64,000 nt of DNA, taken from NCBI GenBank assembly GCA_964016885.1, contig OZ024751.1:6944001-7008000 (forward strand). The letters are read 5' to 3'. The DNA comes from Eledone cirrhosa (Eukaryota). Of this stretch, positions 45,337-61,019 are shown piece by piece. Below the pieces are notes generated by a model. That model ran no database searches and was not told the DNA's origin. It was given only the letters and a program-made list of their open reading frames with translations. The position numbers and the translations under genes are program-made. Every line of letters starts with the position of its first letter. The stretch's first letter is position 1.

Positions 45337-47590
45337 TTAGGGAGAAGTGTTTAGACGGGGTCCGTATTTGTTAATGAAGTAAGATTCCTTGCTGATGCGC
45401 TGGGTGTGGGTGGCATTATCTTTAAATTTGTAGAGGGGAAAGATTCTGAAGTTGGGATGATTTTGGGCGGCGCAGGTATCAATGTGTTCACTCAGTGGTA
45501 TTTTCCTGTATTCCCGTATTTTAATTTGGGATCTATGGACAGTCATGCGTTGGCGGAGGCTGTTTTTGGTCTGGCCTATGTATTGTTCTCGACAACCTGA
45601 ACAAGTTAATACATATATTAAATTTTCCGATGCACATGTGAAATTGTGTTTTACTATAAAACGTTGTCCATCTTTGAAATAGAATTCCGAACCCTCTATT
45701 AGGTTGATGCAAATGCCACAGTTGGGTCTATCGCATTTTTTTACTGTGGGTTTCGTTGTTGTGGTTGGCAGTACTTTGGCATGTGTTAAGATGTTTTTCA
45801 TTGACTTGGATTGTCTTTTGCTTTTTATGATATCGTGTGTTCGTAGAATTTGGTTCATTCTATGGTCCTTTTTCAATACAGGGATGTTCTGGAGGATGGT
45901 GTCAAAGGCCTCGTTGTTGAGGGGGTTGTGTGTGGAGATGTATGGAAGAGCTTTTAGTTTTGGTTGATTTACTTTAGGGTGTCTAAGGTCCTGGGTACTG
46001 AGTTTTAGGGCACGTTGGATTCCATTGTCAATTAGTGATGCAGGGTAGTCCCTGCCTATGAGTGTGTCCTTTAGTTCTTGTAGCCGTAAGTAGCAGATGT
46101 TTTTATTGGAGACTATAGTACAGATTCTCTTGGCTAAGTTGTAGGGAATATTAATTTTAACGTGTCTAGGGTGGCAAGAGTTGAAGGGGAGGTATTGCTT
46201 GGAGTCTGTGGGCTTGTAGTATATGTCTGTTTCTATTTTTTTGTTATGGATCTTAATGAGGATGTCGAGGAAGGGGAGTTGTTGATGGCTGTATTCCATT
46301 GTGAAGTTAATATTTGTGTTGAGCCCATTTATAAGGGTGTGAAATTCTTTAAGTTTTTCGATGTTTTCGTGCCAAAGGATGAAGCAGTCATCAAGATATC
46401 GCTTCCAGTTCCTTTCAATGTGTAAGTGGAGGGTGTTTCCAAATTTGTTTAGGACTTTAGTGTAGAGGGTGATTTCCAGGTATCCCATGACTAGGTTGGC
46501 ATACGTAGGGGCTGTTTTCGTTCCCATAGCGGTCCCAGATTTCTGCCTGTAGGGTTTTGTTATTGAAAACGAAGTAATTGTTCTCCAAGATAAATTTGAG
46601 TCCCTCTATCACGAATTCTTTTTTGATGCGTTGTGGGAGTTCATTGTGGAAGTTATCCAGCCAGAATTGGATAGCTTCTATTCCTAGGTTGTGGGGGATG
46701 TTGGAGTATAGGTTGACTACATCGAACGTCACTAGTAGGGTTTGTTCAGAAAGTGGCATATTAGGGAGGTGATTGAGCATATCTAGGTCGTCCCTTATAT
46801 AGCTTTTGATGTGCTTGAGGAAGGGTTTGAGAAGGGTATCAATGAAGTTGCTAAGACGGTGCGTTTCGCAAGCGGGGCCTGCTATTATAGGTCTTAATTT
46901 GAGATTATTGGGTGAGGGGACATTGATGACTATGTCTGTGGCTTCCTTGCATGCCTTACTGATTGATTCGCTTTTATGTACTTTAGGGATACCGTAGAAA
47001 AGGCTGGATTTACTTGTGAAGTCTGTGATGAAGCTGAATTCCTTGTTAGTGAGTCCTTCTTTGTATTGGTTGATTAGAGTTTTTAGGTTTCTCATAATTT
47101 TCTGTTGATTGTAGTGTTCAGCCTTTTCGTAGTATGTTTCGTTTTCCAAAGTGGAGAGCGCTAAGTTGATATAGAATTCTGTTTCCATTAGGACTACTGT
47201 ACTCCCTTTATCAGCCTCTTTAATTGTAATGGTTCTGTCGGTTTTTAATCTATTTAATTCTTCCCATTCTTTCTTGTTGAGGTTTGGCTTGTGTTTTTGT
47301 CTGTGCAAGTGTTGGTAAGGGAAGTTTGTGATGTGTTCACAGAATTCGTCCAGGATTTTATTTCTACCTTTTGAAGGGGTGTAATTGCTTCTATTTCTGG
47401 CTAATGATTCATCCTCATTGTACTGGTCGAATAGTTGTTCACTAAGTCGTAACTTTCTACAGAAGTCTGTGATGTCTTCCTTCATTTCATAGTAGTTAGG
47501 ACGTAGTGGGGTCGGTGTGAATTTAAGACCTTTGGAGAGTAAGTTGATAAGGTTGGGTGTTGGTTCTGCACTAGTAAGATTGATAATTTT
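45337..47590 (-). pseudogene. PLE RT + GIY-YIG polyprotein with one frameshift near 46550
   Basis: LSKGLKFTP, ADKG, FYGIPKVHK, RPII, FDVVNLYSNI, MGTKTAPTYANL, RYLDD, PFLDI, KCDRPNCGIC, LIYVLTC..YIGQT..RMTVH. Confidence 0.93.
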
Positions 47591-48353
47591 TATTACTATC
47601 GGTTTCTCCTCCCTGTCTTGTGTTATTTTGTTTGCCTGTATCTGTGTGCTGTGTCTAAAAAATGGTTGGGGTAGAGGGGTTGTCTGCTGATGTTAAGTGG
47701 TCTCCTGTGCTTGTTATATTCCTTGTTGTTGTAAAATGTGGTTCGGGTTGGTGGTTGTAGATTGAATGGGGTGTTCCTGTACTGCGAGTATGGGTGTGTG
47801 TTTCTATGTGCCATGTTGTATTGTGGTGTTATAAGTGGCCTACGTTGTTGGTTGTATCGTGTGGTGTGGGTTTGTTGTGTATTGTGGAAGTGAGGGTTGA
47901 GAAAATGGTAATTACCTTGCTGTCCCCTTGAGGCGGGGAAGTTGTTGCATCTATCATGGCGGTGGTATCTTTTCCCTATGTTTGACTTTTCTAACATTTT
48001 AACATAAAAACAGTCTTGGCGCAAAATCAACTTTTTACATTCACATGACCTCTACCGACCAATCAAAATTGTTTTGACCACAAGCATTTTTACAACACAA
48101 AAATAACGCTGGAGCCATTTTTTTAACATAAAAACAGGTAGAATTCCCAAAACTAATCAGATCAGAGCAAACAGCACGGACACTCTATCTCAAAATTATT
48201 TTTGAAAAGCATTTAGAAATGCGCAACCGGTAAAAACTTAAAAACTTAAAACCACAACTGAATACTAACCCATACAATCACTAATACTCTTTTATTCCTA
48301 ATTAAACCATTTTTCAACTGTGAACAATTTGTCAGCATTTTCTATTCCGTTTA

Positions 48354-50055
<1,702 letters not shown>

Positions 50056-50266
50056 CAATAATGGGGGCAGTAGAGTAAGAAATAGGAAAAAGTATGACGG
50101 CTATTTCTGGAATATGGTCCAGAAATAGCCGCCGAAACGGCATGAGCTCTGCCGTCGGGGTCATACTTTTTCCTATATATATATATATTCCAATCCAATA
50201 AACTTTTGAGTGCTTCTTATCCGATATTTCTATTGGTTTATTGTTCTACAATAAAACTCACCTCCT

Positions 50267-50804
<538 letters not shown>

Positions 50805-52080
50805 TATATATACACATATATATATATATGTGTGTGTGAGTGTGTGTCTGTGCACCTACAAACACATACAAATATTTACATAAACTACAAAACCTCCATC
50901 TCAAATCCATTTTTGAAAAGCACAAGAAGTGCGAATCCGGTAAAGGAATCTCATCTTTTTTACTTGTACTTTCACTCATGTAGGACACCTTCTTCTTTTT
51001 CATTTTGTAAAAAAACTTCTATTTCTAATATATATATTTTTTATATATATACACACAACATATAAATATATACCCACTATTGGATCAACGCTGACCTTCA
51101 TGAGTTCTTGAACTCTTATATAGTCTTTATTCGCTCGCATATGTATGTATAGATTTATGTCTGGCTAGAGCTGTGTATGTATGTGGTTATGTAAAGTTCT
51201 AGAACATTTTTCGAGGAAATGTCATTACTTGCACATATTCGAAAGTAATTATATTTTAAGATGGTATAATTTGTAATAATGTTAATCATTATTAAATATG
51301 ATTATAATTAAAATGGGTTTTTCCATTATTTCATATTGTTCTCATATTGTGCTTACTGTAAACTGTTTAACTAACAATACTTCGTTTTCTCCGCCGTCAA
51401 CATATCATGTAAAATAAAATGATGAACCATTTTCTTTTTTTCTTTTTCCTCCATACATTATTCTCCTCCTTGCTGTGTCTCCAACCTGTGCCTGTATTTT
51501 CTTAATTAAAATGTGTATTTCTTGTAAGATATGCTATTATCCTTGCCTGCTGTCTCACAGCATAATCAAATATAGGTAGGTGTGAAGTGTACTTTGCTGT
51601 GTGTCTCTATATGAAAAAGAAAATGATAAATTTTTACATGCAAAAGAATAGATGTTCATCTTTTCCTGGTATCTTTTGAGAAAAAAGACAAATATTTTTA
51701 ACATAATTTCGAAATATATTCTGATTATGTAAGCATTCTCGAGTGAAAATATCGATTTTCTACTCGCTTGAAAAGCGTCTCTCTTTTTATTTATGTTTTA
51801 AATTGGGTTTTATCTCAACAAGAATCTAAACATTTTTAATTGTTTTTCTTATGTGGCTGTTAATTGCTTTCTAGGCAATTATTCTGAGATTAACATTTAC
51901 ATCTATGACCTGCGGCTCACAAAATCTCATATATGTAAATATGTTTTTGTAAATATAACACGCATGTTTATATTGGAATAAATACTCACAAAACCTAGCC
52001 AGACAACCACATAGAAAACACTGCACACACACACTCACACACCTAATTGAATGCACACACACACACACACAAACACACAC

Positions 52081-52133
<53 letters not shown>

Positions 52134-52404
52134 GTTTGCAAAGATTGATATCCAAACAGTCTATAGTGATGATGATGATTATAGCGTTAGAAAATCTGTA
52201 ACTCAATGTTTAACATGACTCTTTAAAGATCTTATCTACAAGGAGAAAATCTGTACTGCTACAAAGGGACTAATTAATTTAATCATCCATGCCCACCCTA
52301 CAATTGGGAAACTAAACATTAAGAAACCAGTATCATTACCTAATAAAGGGAGAGCATTAAAGACTGATTAAAAGGTAAAATATTATTATTATTATTCACC
52401 CATT

Positions 52405-52790
52405 TATTCCTGAGAGTGTCGTGGGGGAAGTATCCTCAAACACTCCTTCCAGCAGATCCTGTCCGAAGCAACATGCTCCAATAAATCCGGCTGTATCCTC
52501 AAGTGAGACTAGCTAAGCTCATGGATGTTATCCAATCATGTTGCTCGTGGTCTACTCCTTGGTCCCCTACCGGTTGGTTTTGCCCATAAAATCTGTCCAG
52601 CAATGCTTTCTCGAGACATTCTAAGCACATGCCTATAGTATCGGAGCTGTGATCTCTCTATTTGGAGAAGTAGTGGCTCTACCTGGCGTGGCTCTCTGAC
52701 TTACGCACTCTATCGAGTAATGTTACTCCAAAGACCATTCGGAGGTACCACATTTCGGCCGGTTGTATTCGCGATCGTATTCGTTTGATC
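52405..52790 (-). mobile_element. RTE LINE 3' fragment
   Basis: RIRSRIQPAEMWYLR..IERSQLRYYRHVLRM..GRGPRSRPRAT..DRICWK. Confidence 0.7.
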
Positions 52791-55700
52791 AAAATGACTA
52801 AAAAATATGATCCAAATAACTAAATATTAGACCAATACTAATATGAAACACTGGAAAGGATTAAACACGTGCTATAACTGAAATATGTAGGACATAACAA
52901 AACGCGTGGAATATGCTTTTGATAATAATCTATGATATTAAATTAGCAAAATATTCCAGAGATACGAATATAAAACAACATGCTGACACTTGAGAAAGAA
53001 AACAGCAGCAACATAAATCCAAACACACTGTTTATGGTGAATTGGAACAAAACTAACAATGATGGTAACATAATTGTTCAGAAGGGAAGGAAATCAATTA
53101 AAATATCAGCGCAATGCTGTCGCTCGCTTATCAACAAGCTATATGTTAAGGAATGCAATGAATTAGAGATTTCTGCGATTGACATGGTAACAAATACAAG
53201 AGTGAAGCACTTAACAAGTTCACAAGAATGAATGTCTGCTGGCAGAGAAAGTAATATTAATTCCCCAAATCACAATACCTGAGACACTAAAAGCTGCAGA
53301 TCTATTATTTGTTTGACCAGAACATATAAATCCCTTGCATATACACAAGGCTCATTATCTAAATGGAGAAGAATACCATATTACAAGAAAACAAAGACTG
53401 AAATGAGACACATGTGTCGAAAGAGCTGTTACTGGTGAATCGTGATAATATAGAGGAAACCAAAATGTGGAAATTCAACTTTAAAATGGTTGACTGATTA
53501 ACAGATTAACAATATCATCTTTAGAATACTATTCCCCCTCCCCCCGCCAAATAATATAGCTTCGGATCAAACCGATTAAGTAAAAAGTGCCATGTCAAAA
53601 GACAAAACCATCTACTCTCTTTAAGGCGATCATTTTTAGTAGATATATACAAGTGTATAATTATTTTAATGACATATTTCAGAGACACGTTTAGAATGCA
53701 TGTCACATTGTTGATGTGATAGAAACCCTGGTTATCTTCAGTAGTAATACGACTCTCAATCCGCGGGAGCAAATCGTAAATAGTCACTTTCAAAACATCG
53801 CAAGGACATTTAAAATAAAGACATAGCCCCCCCCCCCCCCAAACTCCCTAAAAAAAAAACACGAACATAAAAGAAACAGTACATTTATATCTAAAAGTGA
53901 TATAGGAAACACTGGAATATGAAATGACACGAAAGTTTTAAAACAAATGTTGTTATAAATAATTTAACTACGATCAATATTATGTGTAACATTTACAAAA
54001 TATACTGGTATTGTTTCTCTAACAAGATTCTCACTCCGTTTTATATTAATACAGTGGAATTTCCGCTTATTAATCATTACGTCTCGATATCGTTGGCTAT
54101 TTATTTAGATAAATTATGCAAAACCCTGCACAATTATTCTGCAGCCTTTGCATATGTTGTCGGTAAAATAATTCCGGTATATTATTAGGAAATACGTTGA
54201 GATGAAAACAGATAGAGATAACAGCCATAATATGTGTGTTCGGCTCATAACATTAAGTGAGTTCCGAGATCCTGATCAAACCTACGATAATTCATAAAAT
54301 ATAGAAAACATAGTTTTGGCAAAGCAGGTTGATGAAATGAAATATAATGAACTCGTTGATATGTATCAATCATGAGTTTCCTCTTTCATTACAGCAAGCT
54401 ACACTTCTATCATGGCGTATCCTATAAACACGTTTTTGATGTGAATACGTCAGGCAATTGTTTTCCACGTCAGTAAAATATATTACTAATTTACGCAGAA
54501 ATATTGCTTTAGTGTTACAACATATTATTCTTATTATTATCATTACATTTATTCTTTTATTGGACATCGAAATATTTTTTGATGTCCCGTAATAATATTT
54601 TTCATAATTCACAACATATCAACGTGATATAATACAATCACTATTATACATCCTGTATGTTTACATCAGATTTCTATATTGAAGATGGATAGGGTCTCAA
54701 TGATGTCTATGTCAGCCCGTCATATAATAACCATATGGAGAAAAATGTTTCTACCCACTAAACCATATATATATTTACGTCCACCTACACCTACATGAAT
54801 ATATATACATATGCATGTATGTATGAATGAATGTTTGTGTCTGTATACACCCCCCCCCCCCCCCACATATATATATATATATATATATCAGCGTATAAGT
54901 ATGAACGAATATATTAGTTCTGTTTTGTTGGATGTCAATGTATATTACTTTTCCGAATGATTACAAGTGACGGGAGCTATAATTGATAGGAACGTATCTT
55001 CTAATATGGGCCGATACATATTATTCCAACAAACTCCGCTAAAACAATGCAGCAATACAGATATATAAACGCAGAGGTAGTTAACATCACAATAGTAGTT
55101 GAAAGATATCTAAAGGTTTGTAAGTGTTATGTCCCGTCGAATCATTGATAGCAGCAAACTCAATTTAATCCATTGTACTGTATAGCATGCCCAATGCGGA
55201 TAAGCTAACACATCAAAATATGAAAGTATGCAAGTATTTGTATGAAGAGAATCGATAGTAAAAGACCCTGTCTAATATGTATAACAATTTAGTAAAATAA
55301 TATTGCGGTCATGTTTAATATTTAAACTTTTATCTCTCTCTCTCTCAGTCTCATTCATTCACTCACTCAATCCCTCTCTTCAGAGTAACAAAACTCATGG
55401 CCTAGCTAAAAAGGATCTATCTATTTATCTATCTATATCTCTGTCTATATATATATATATATTCCTGAGATTAATTTAATCATAACGGCCAAAAGCGCAT
55501 TTTCACAGGAAGCAGATATATTCATCAGTAACTTTTGCACCACTAATGATAATTGCTACGTGTTAATGCATCATAACGCTTTAGTGTATTATGTAAAAGA
55601 TATCCAGATAAATACGTACAATTATGGAGACATTGACTCCAGGCTTTGCTATTGATTACATCTCTATGTATTGTTTTACATCATTTCTATATTGACGTAT

Positions 55701-56047
55701 AGATCTCAACAGATCAAAATTTATTCTTATTCACCATACTACGGCTTCCATTTAAAACGAATATCTGGTGTACTTGTATTTATTCTAATATGACATTGAT
55801 CTTAATCATAGTTTCCTATTTTTAAGATATATTGGAGAACCACATTTTCTCTATAGATTCAGTCAATAAACGTTGGTTTAATAACAGCTGTTGTCCAATT
55901 CGATATCCGTTGCATTTTCTTAGCATTTTAGCTTTCACATCGTCAGTACCCTTAGGCGACAACATTAGGTAACCAATAGACTTTACGGTTAACTATATAA
56001 CTATTCATTTCAATATTTACTACTTCGTCATGGCAGAACTCCTACTA

Positions 56048-56092
<45 letters not shown>

Positions 56093-56203
56093 TACAGCGA
56101 ATCTTCGCTTATCCGGACGGTCAAAACCAAACAGTTAGAAAAAGATCCGGTTAAGTGAAATATCAGGATAATTGAATTCTAAAATCCCATTGTTACATAA
56201 TGC

Positions 56204-56970
56204 TTGTAGGACCTACCTCGTCCTCAAATCCCCACATGATCCGGGCAACATCCTTCTTTTCCCCACTTGCCGAACAAGATAGGGGAATCCCCAGCAAAAG
56301 TAGGTAGATGTACTACTTTACTTTTCCTTTTTTTCTTCTTCCCTTTATCTCTTCTTATCACTTCCTTCCACTCCTTACCCTCTTCTTTTATCTTTTTCGT
56401 CCTTCGCTTACTCCAAGGAACCAATCGTGCTTTTGTAGCCTCAGTACTCCCACCCCAGTAAATTATATATAGCATTGGCGGAAAACGCAATACCAGCTAA
56501 AATTATAACAACTGCTTTAGACCCTAGATATTTTTATTTTTATTTTTATTTTTACTATTTAATTTTATTAATTTTATATTTTTTATTTATTATCTTTTAA
56601 TCTCAATTTATTAACCATTTCTATAACACCCCACTCTCAGTATACTTTTTCGCCTGCTTCCCAACTAGCCTAATTTCATACACACTCCTTAGAATTTGGT
56701 GTATAGAATTCACTTTCAACACTTGACCAGCTCCACCCACTCCCTCATTGCTCTACAGGCAAGTTAAACCACCCCACCCCCACCCACTGCCATGAAAGTT
56801 TTAATTGTGTTTCCAAGAAATTTTGACCAATCTTTTTGACAACTATAATCTTCCCATATAAGGAATTACCCCTTGAAAAGTTCGGCTATTTATTACCACG
56901 CTAAAAATTCTAATTTAATCCAGAAATAGCCGTCGAAACGACTTGAGCTCTGCCGTCGGGGTTAAACATT
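56204..56970 (+). mobile_element. Solo 3' end/pLTR of the Naiad family at 25025-28440
   Basis: Begins like 27100 (gtaggacctacctcg.cctcaaa.cccc) and ends with the family-G HHR at 56868-56962. Confidence 0.75.
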
Positions 56971-56996
56971 TTCCGATATATATATATATACGAGTA

Positions 56997-57059
<63 letters not shown>

Positions 57060-57062
<3 letters not shown>

Positions 57063-58375
57063 AGTATGTACACGTACATACATATATGTATACAGACGTA
57101 CAGTAGTATGTATATATATATACATACATGCACACATATATATATGTACGTATGCATTCACCGAACATTTATTATAATGCTCGGGGTGTTTGTAAACAAA
57201 CATCCCGTATTAAGGTGTAGTGTCCAGCAACCATCTTTGCTCGTTTGTTCAACACGGACAAAGGAACGCTGTACTAGTTTCAAGCTTATTAGCTATCGTC
57301 AGCAACGTATACCTTCCTGCCAGATTGTTGAACGTATATACTTACCTTATGCATATTAACAGCTGAGTAGCCCAATTTGCATATCGAGTGGGTTAATCGG
57401 CCTGGTGCACCGAAAACGATAAACGGCAAAAATGAAACGAAATTCCATTTCCCACTCTTAGTACGGCTGTTACTTAAATATAAGTATGTACACGTACATA
57501 TATATATGTATACAGGCGTACAGTAGTATGTATATATACATACATGCACACATATATATATATATGTACGTATGGATTCACCGAACATTTATTATAACGC
57601 TCGGTGTGTTTGTAAACAAACATCCCGTATTAAGCCGTAGTTTCCAGCAACCATCGTTGCTCGTTTGTTCAACACTGACAAAGGAACGCTGTACTAGTTT
57701 CAAGCTTATTAGCTATCGTCAGCAACGTATACCTTCCTGCCAGATTGTTGAACGTATATACTTACCTTATGCATATTAACGGCTGAGTAGCCCAATTTGA
57801 ATATCGGGTGCACCGAAAACGATATATGTGTGCATGTATGTATATCTATATACATACTACTGTACGTCTGTATACATATATGTATGTACGTGTACATACT
57901 TATATTTAAGTAACAACCGTACTAAGAGTGGGAAATGAAATGTCGTTTCATTTTTTCCGTTTATCGTTTTCAGTACACCCGGCCGATTAACCCACTCGAT
58001 ATGCAAATTGGGCTACTCAGCCGTTAATATGCATAAGGTAAGTATATACGTTTAACAATCTGGCAGAAAGGTTTACGTTGCTGACGATAGCTAATAAGCT
58101 TGAAACTTGTACAGCATTCCTTTGTCATTGTTGAACAAACGAGCAATGATGGTTGCTGGGCACTACGGCTTAATACGGGATGTTTGTTTACAAACATACC
58201 GAGCATTAGAATAAATGTTCGGTGAATCCATACGTACATATATATATGTGTGCATGTATATATATACAAACTACTGTACGTCTGTATACATATATGTATG
58301 TACGTGTACATACTTATATTTAAGTAACAGCCGTACTAAGAGTGGGAAATGACATTTCGTTTCATTTTTCCGTTT
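57060..58375. mobile_element. Retrozyme-like array: head-to-tail dimer (exact 420 nt period) followed by an inverted ~1.3-mer; HHRs at 57267-57307 -, 57687-57727 -, 58076-58116 +
   Basis: Sequence at 57241 recurs at 57661; orientation flips near 57822. Confidence 0.82.
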
Positions 58376-58389
58376 ATATATATGTATAA

Positions 58390-58437
<48 letters not shown>

Positions 58438-58443
<6 letters not shown>

Positions 58444-58627
58444 GTATAGAAAGTAATATTCGAGTGTATTGTGCTAATTTTACGTAACCGATGAGTACAA
58501 GGATAATTATATAAGGATAATAAAGTGAATAAATGCTTAAATAAATTGCGGTCATACCAAGGGTGGTAATTGTGGGAGTAAAGATAGAGGTAAATAAAAA
58601 AAAAAATATATATATACATATATACTA

Positions 58628-58675
<48 letters not shown>

Positions 58676-58697
58676 GACTATATATACATAAAAAAAA

Positions 58698-58730
<33 letters not shown>

Positions 58731-58745
58731 AATATATCTATACTC

Positions 58746-58793
<48 letters not shown>

Positions 58794-58975
58794 TCGTATA
58801 TATGTATACATATATTTATTTACTTCTATCTTTACTCCCACAATTACCACCCTTGGTATGACCGCAATTTATTTATGTATTTATTCACTTTATTATCCTT
58901 ATATAATTATCCTTGTACTCATCTGTTACGTAAAATTACCATAATACACTCGAATATTACTTTCTGTACCCTTTA
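58438..58975. repeat. ~160 bp inverted repeat around a (TA)n-rich spacer
   Basis: 58438-58597 is the reverse complement of 58815-58975. Confidence 0.85.
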
Positions 58976-59089
58976 TATCTGCTTATCTTATATCACTCCC
59001 CCTACACACTCAAGACTCACACTGCATATCAATTCAAATAATCCGGGCTAAGTTGGAACTAAATATAGTCTCCCCACCCATTTCATCAG

Positions 59090-59710
59090 ATTTTGCCACT
59101 TTTAAACTTCACATCACGGGTGGGAATAACTAATAATCCTTTCGTACACGCAATGATCCGACGAATGTGGCGGCCTTCCCTCCTGCACGGCAGGCGCTCG
59201 AGTCGATCAACCTTCCTAGAGTGCTTGGAAAAATTAATTTCCCCTTCTTTCGGTAAACGAAAATACTTGGAACGGCTGTTACGCCCATGGGCCCTGGGCG
59301 GTTCTGGAATCCAGTGCGCCACCGGTTATTGACCGCCAAACAGTACTCTTAAATTCTAAGCTTAATCATAACTTAAAATCTACCCTAAAAATGTATCATG
59401 CTTTCTTCTAATAGCTCTTTAACTAAATCCCCCACTAGTGTGAATAACTAATAATCGTTTGGTATACGCGATGATCAGCCGATGGTGGCGGGCTTCCCGC
59501 TAGAACTCACGGCGCTTGAAACAGTTAACATTTCTGGAGTGCTTGGAAAAATAAATTTCCCTTTCTTTCGGTAGACGAAAATACTTGGAACGGTTGACAC
59601 GGCATTGGGGCCTGTGCGGGCTGGGAGTCCGCCACGTCAATGGTTATTGACTGCCAAATGGTACTCTTAAACGTTGGTTTAATCTTAATTTTTAAGCTTA
59701 ATCTTAACTT
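59090..59710. repeat. Diverged GC-richer tandem duplication (period ~320 nt)
   Basis: Shared blocks gaataactaataatc, gagtgcttggaaaaa, acgaaaatacttggaacgg, ggttattgac.gccaaa. Confidence 0.75.
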
Positions 59711-61019
59711 TATATTCTACCCTGAATCTTTATCGTGACTATCAATAATACACTTAATCTTTTCATAATAAACATCTCCCTTTGTAAATTCTTTAACTAA
59801 ATCTCCCAACTTTAAACCTAAATCTCACTTTTCTAATCTTATCTTAAATGACATCTTTTTATTCTAAACATAAATTTTACATTTTTAATCTTTAATCGTA
59901 ATTTCAGACCCTACAATAAAAAAATATACTGTACAGGCGCCCACTATATATATTTTTGTTAAAGATATATGTTTTTTGAAAAAATATATTTCTTAGCACT
60001 TCTTAGCACTTCTGACCAACATCTATGTAACCTGTTCCCACCGTGATCTCATTGGCCGCCTTCTCCTCTCTCTGCTTTTTCAGCCCCATGGAGTGTGTCT
60101 ATTATATTCCTTTGTTAAATTCCGAATACCTGATGATGTCACCGGATTTAGACTGAACCCGGAAATGCTTAGTGAAATAGTCTTTTTAAGACTATATAGA
60201 GCATTTGTAGTTTTTCCAAATTGAAGGATGAGTATTTAAATTTTATTTTATTCTGAGTTAAGACTCTATTGGTTTTTTCCCTGGATTTCACAAAATCTGT
60301 GGATAACATCTCTGTCTTGATGTTTTTTAATTGAGTTTGAATTATTTTCCCATATATTACGATAATTACTTTCCATTTTGACGTTATAGTCACTTATATA
60401 TTATGAAATACCATTGGCTTCTTGCTCACATTAATTTCTCTATTTTCATTTATATATATATATATATGCGTGTGTGTGACTGTGTAGACGCAATATGGAA
60501 TGCGCCTGAGCCTGTGTTTGTGCGTGTGTGCTTGTAACGGTGTGCGTTGAAAACCATACACGCATATGTACTTTATACTGTAATAAGAATTGTAGTCCTT
60601 TGCACATCTGTATATTGGGACACAGGTTATTTGTTATTTTACACTACACTTTTACCTCATTTGTTTTTAAAACGCACCCATCTTTTGTTAGACTATGTGG
60701 ACGGAAATAGGTGAATGCACCGAGCCTGTGTTTATACGTGTGCACGCGCAACGGTGCGAGCTTACGGACAATCACACGTACATACTCTATGATAAAATGA
60801 GAATTGTAACTCTTTACATTTCTCGATCTTGACACAGGTTTTCTATTTCAGTTTATAATTTTCAATATTTTTGAACATTTTTGAAAATGTTTGATATTGG
60901 TTGTAACACACACGCATTCCTTATGTGTTTGGCATCACCCACCACGTCAAATGGTGGCAGGGTTGATGCCAGCCTACACACATAGATTCTTCAGACGATA
61001 GCTGCAGCATACTAAAGCT

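Larger units (their letters stand above)
44181..48361 (-). mobile_element. Near full-length Neptune-like Penelope element with ~380 bp inverted pLTR copy
   Basis: 44181-44557 is the near-exact reverse complement of 47986-48361; RT + GIY-YIG between; (TA)n flanks. Confidence 0.92.

Noticed and set aside
56093-56180. TA-CAG...CGCTTATCCG resembling a pogo/Tigger terminal inverted repeat
   Set aside because: No partner TIR or transposase found in the window
57060-58375. CRISPR array or plain satellite interpretation of the tandem units
   Set aside because: No short repeat-spacer structure, eukaryotic context, and units are dispersed low-copy with an embedded HHR
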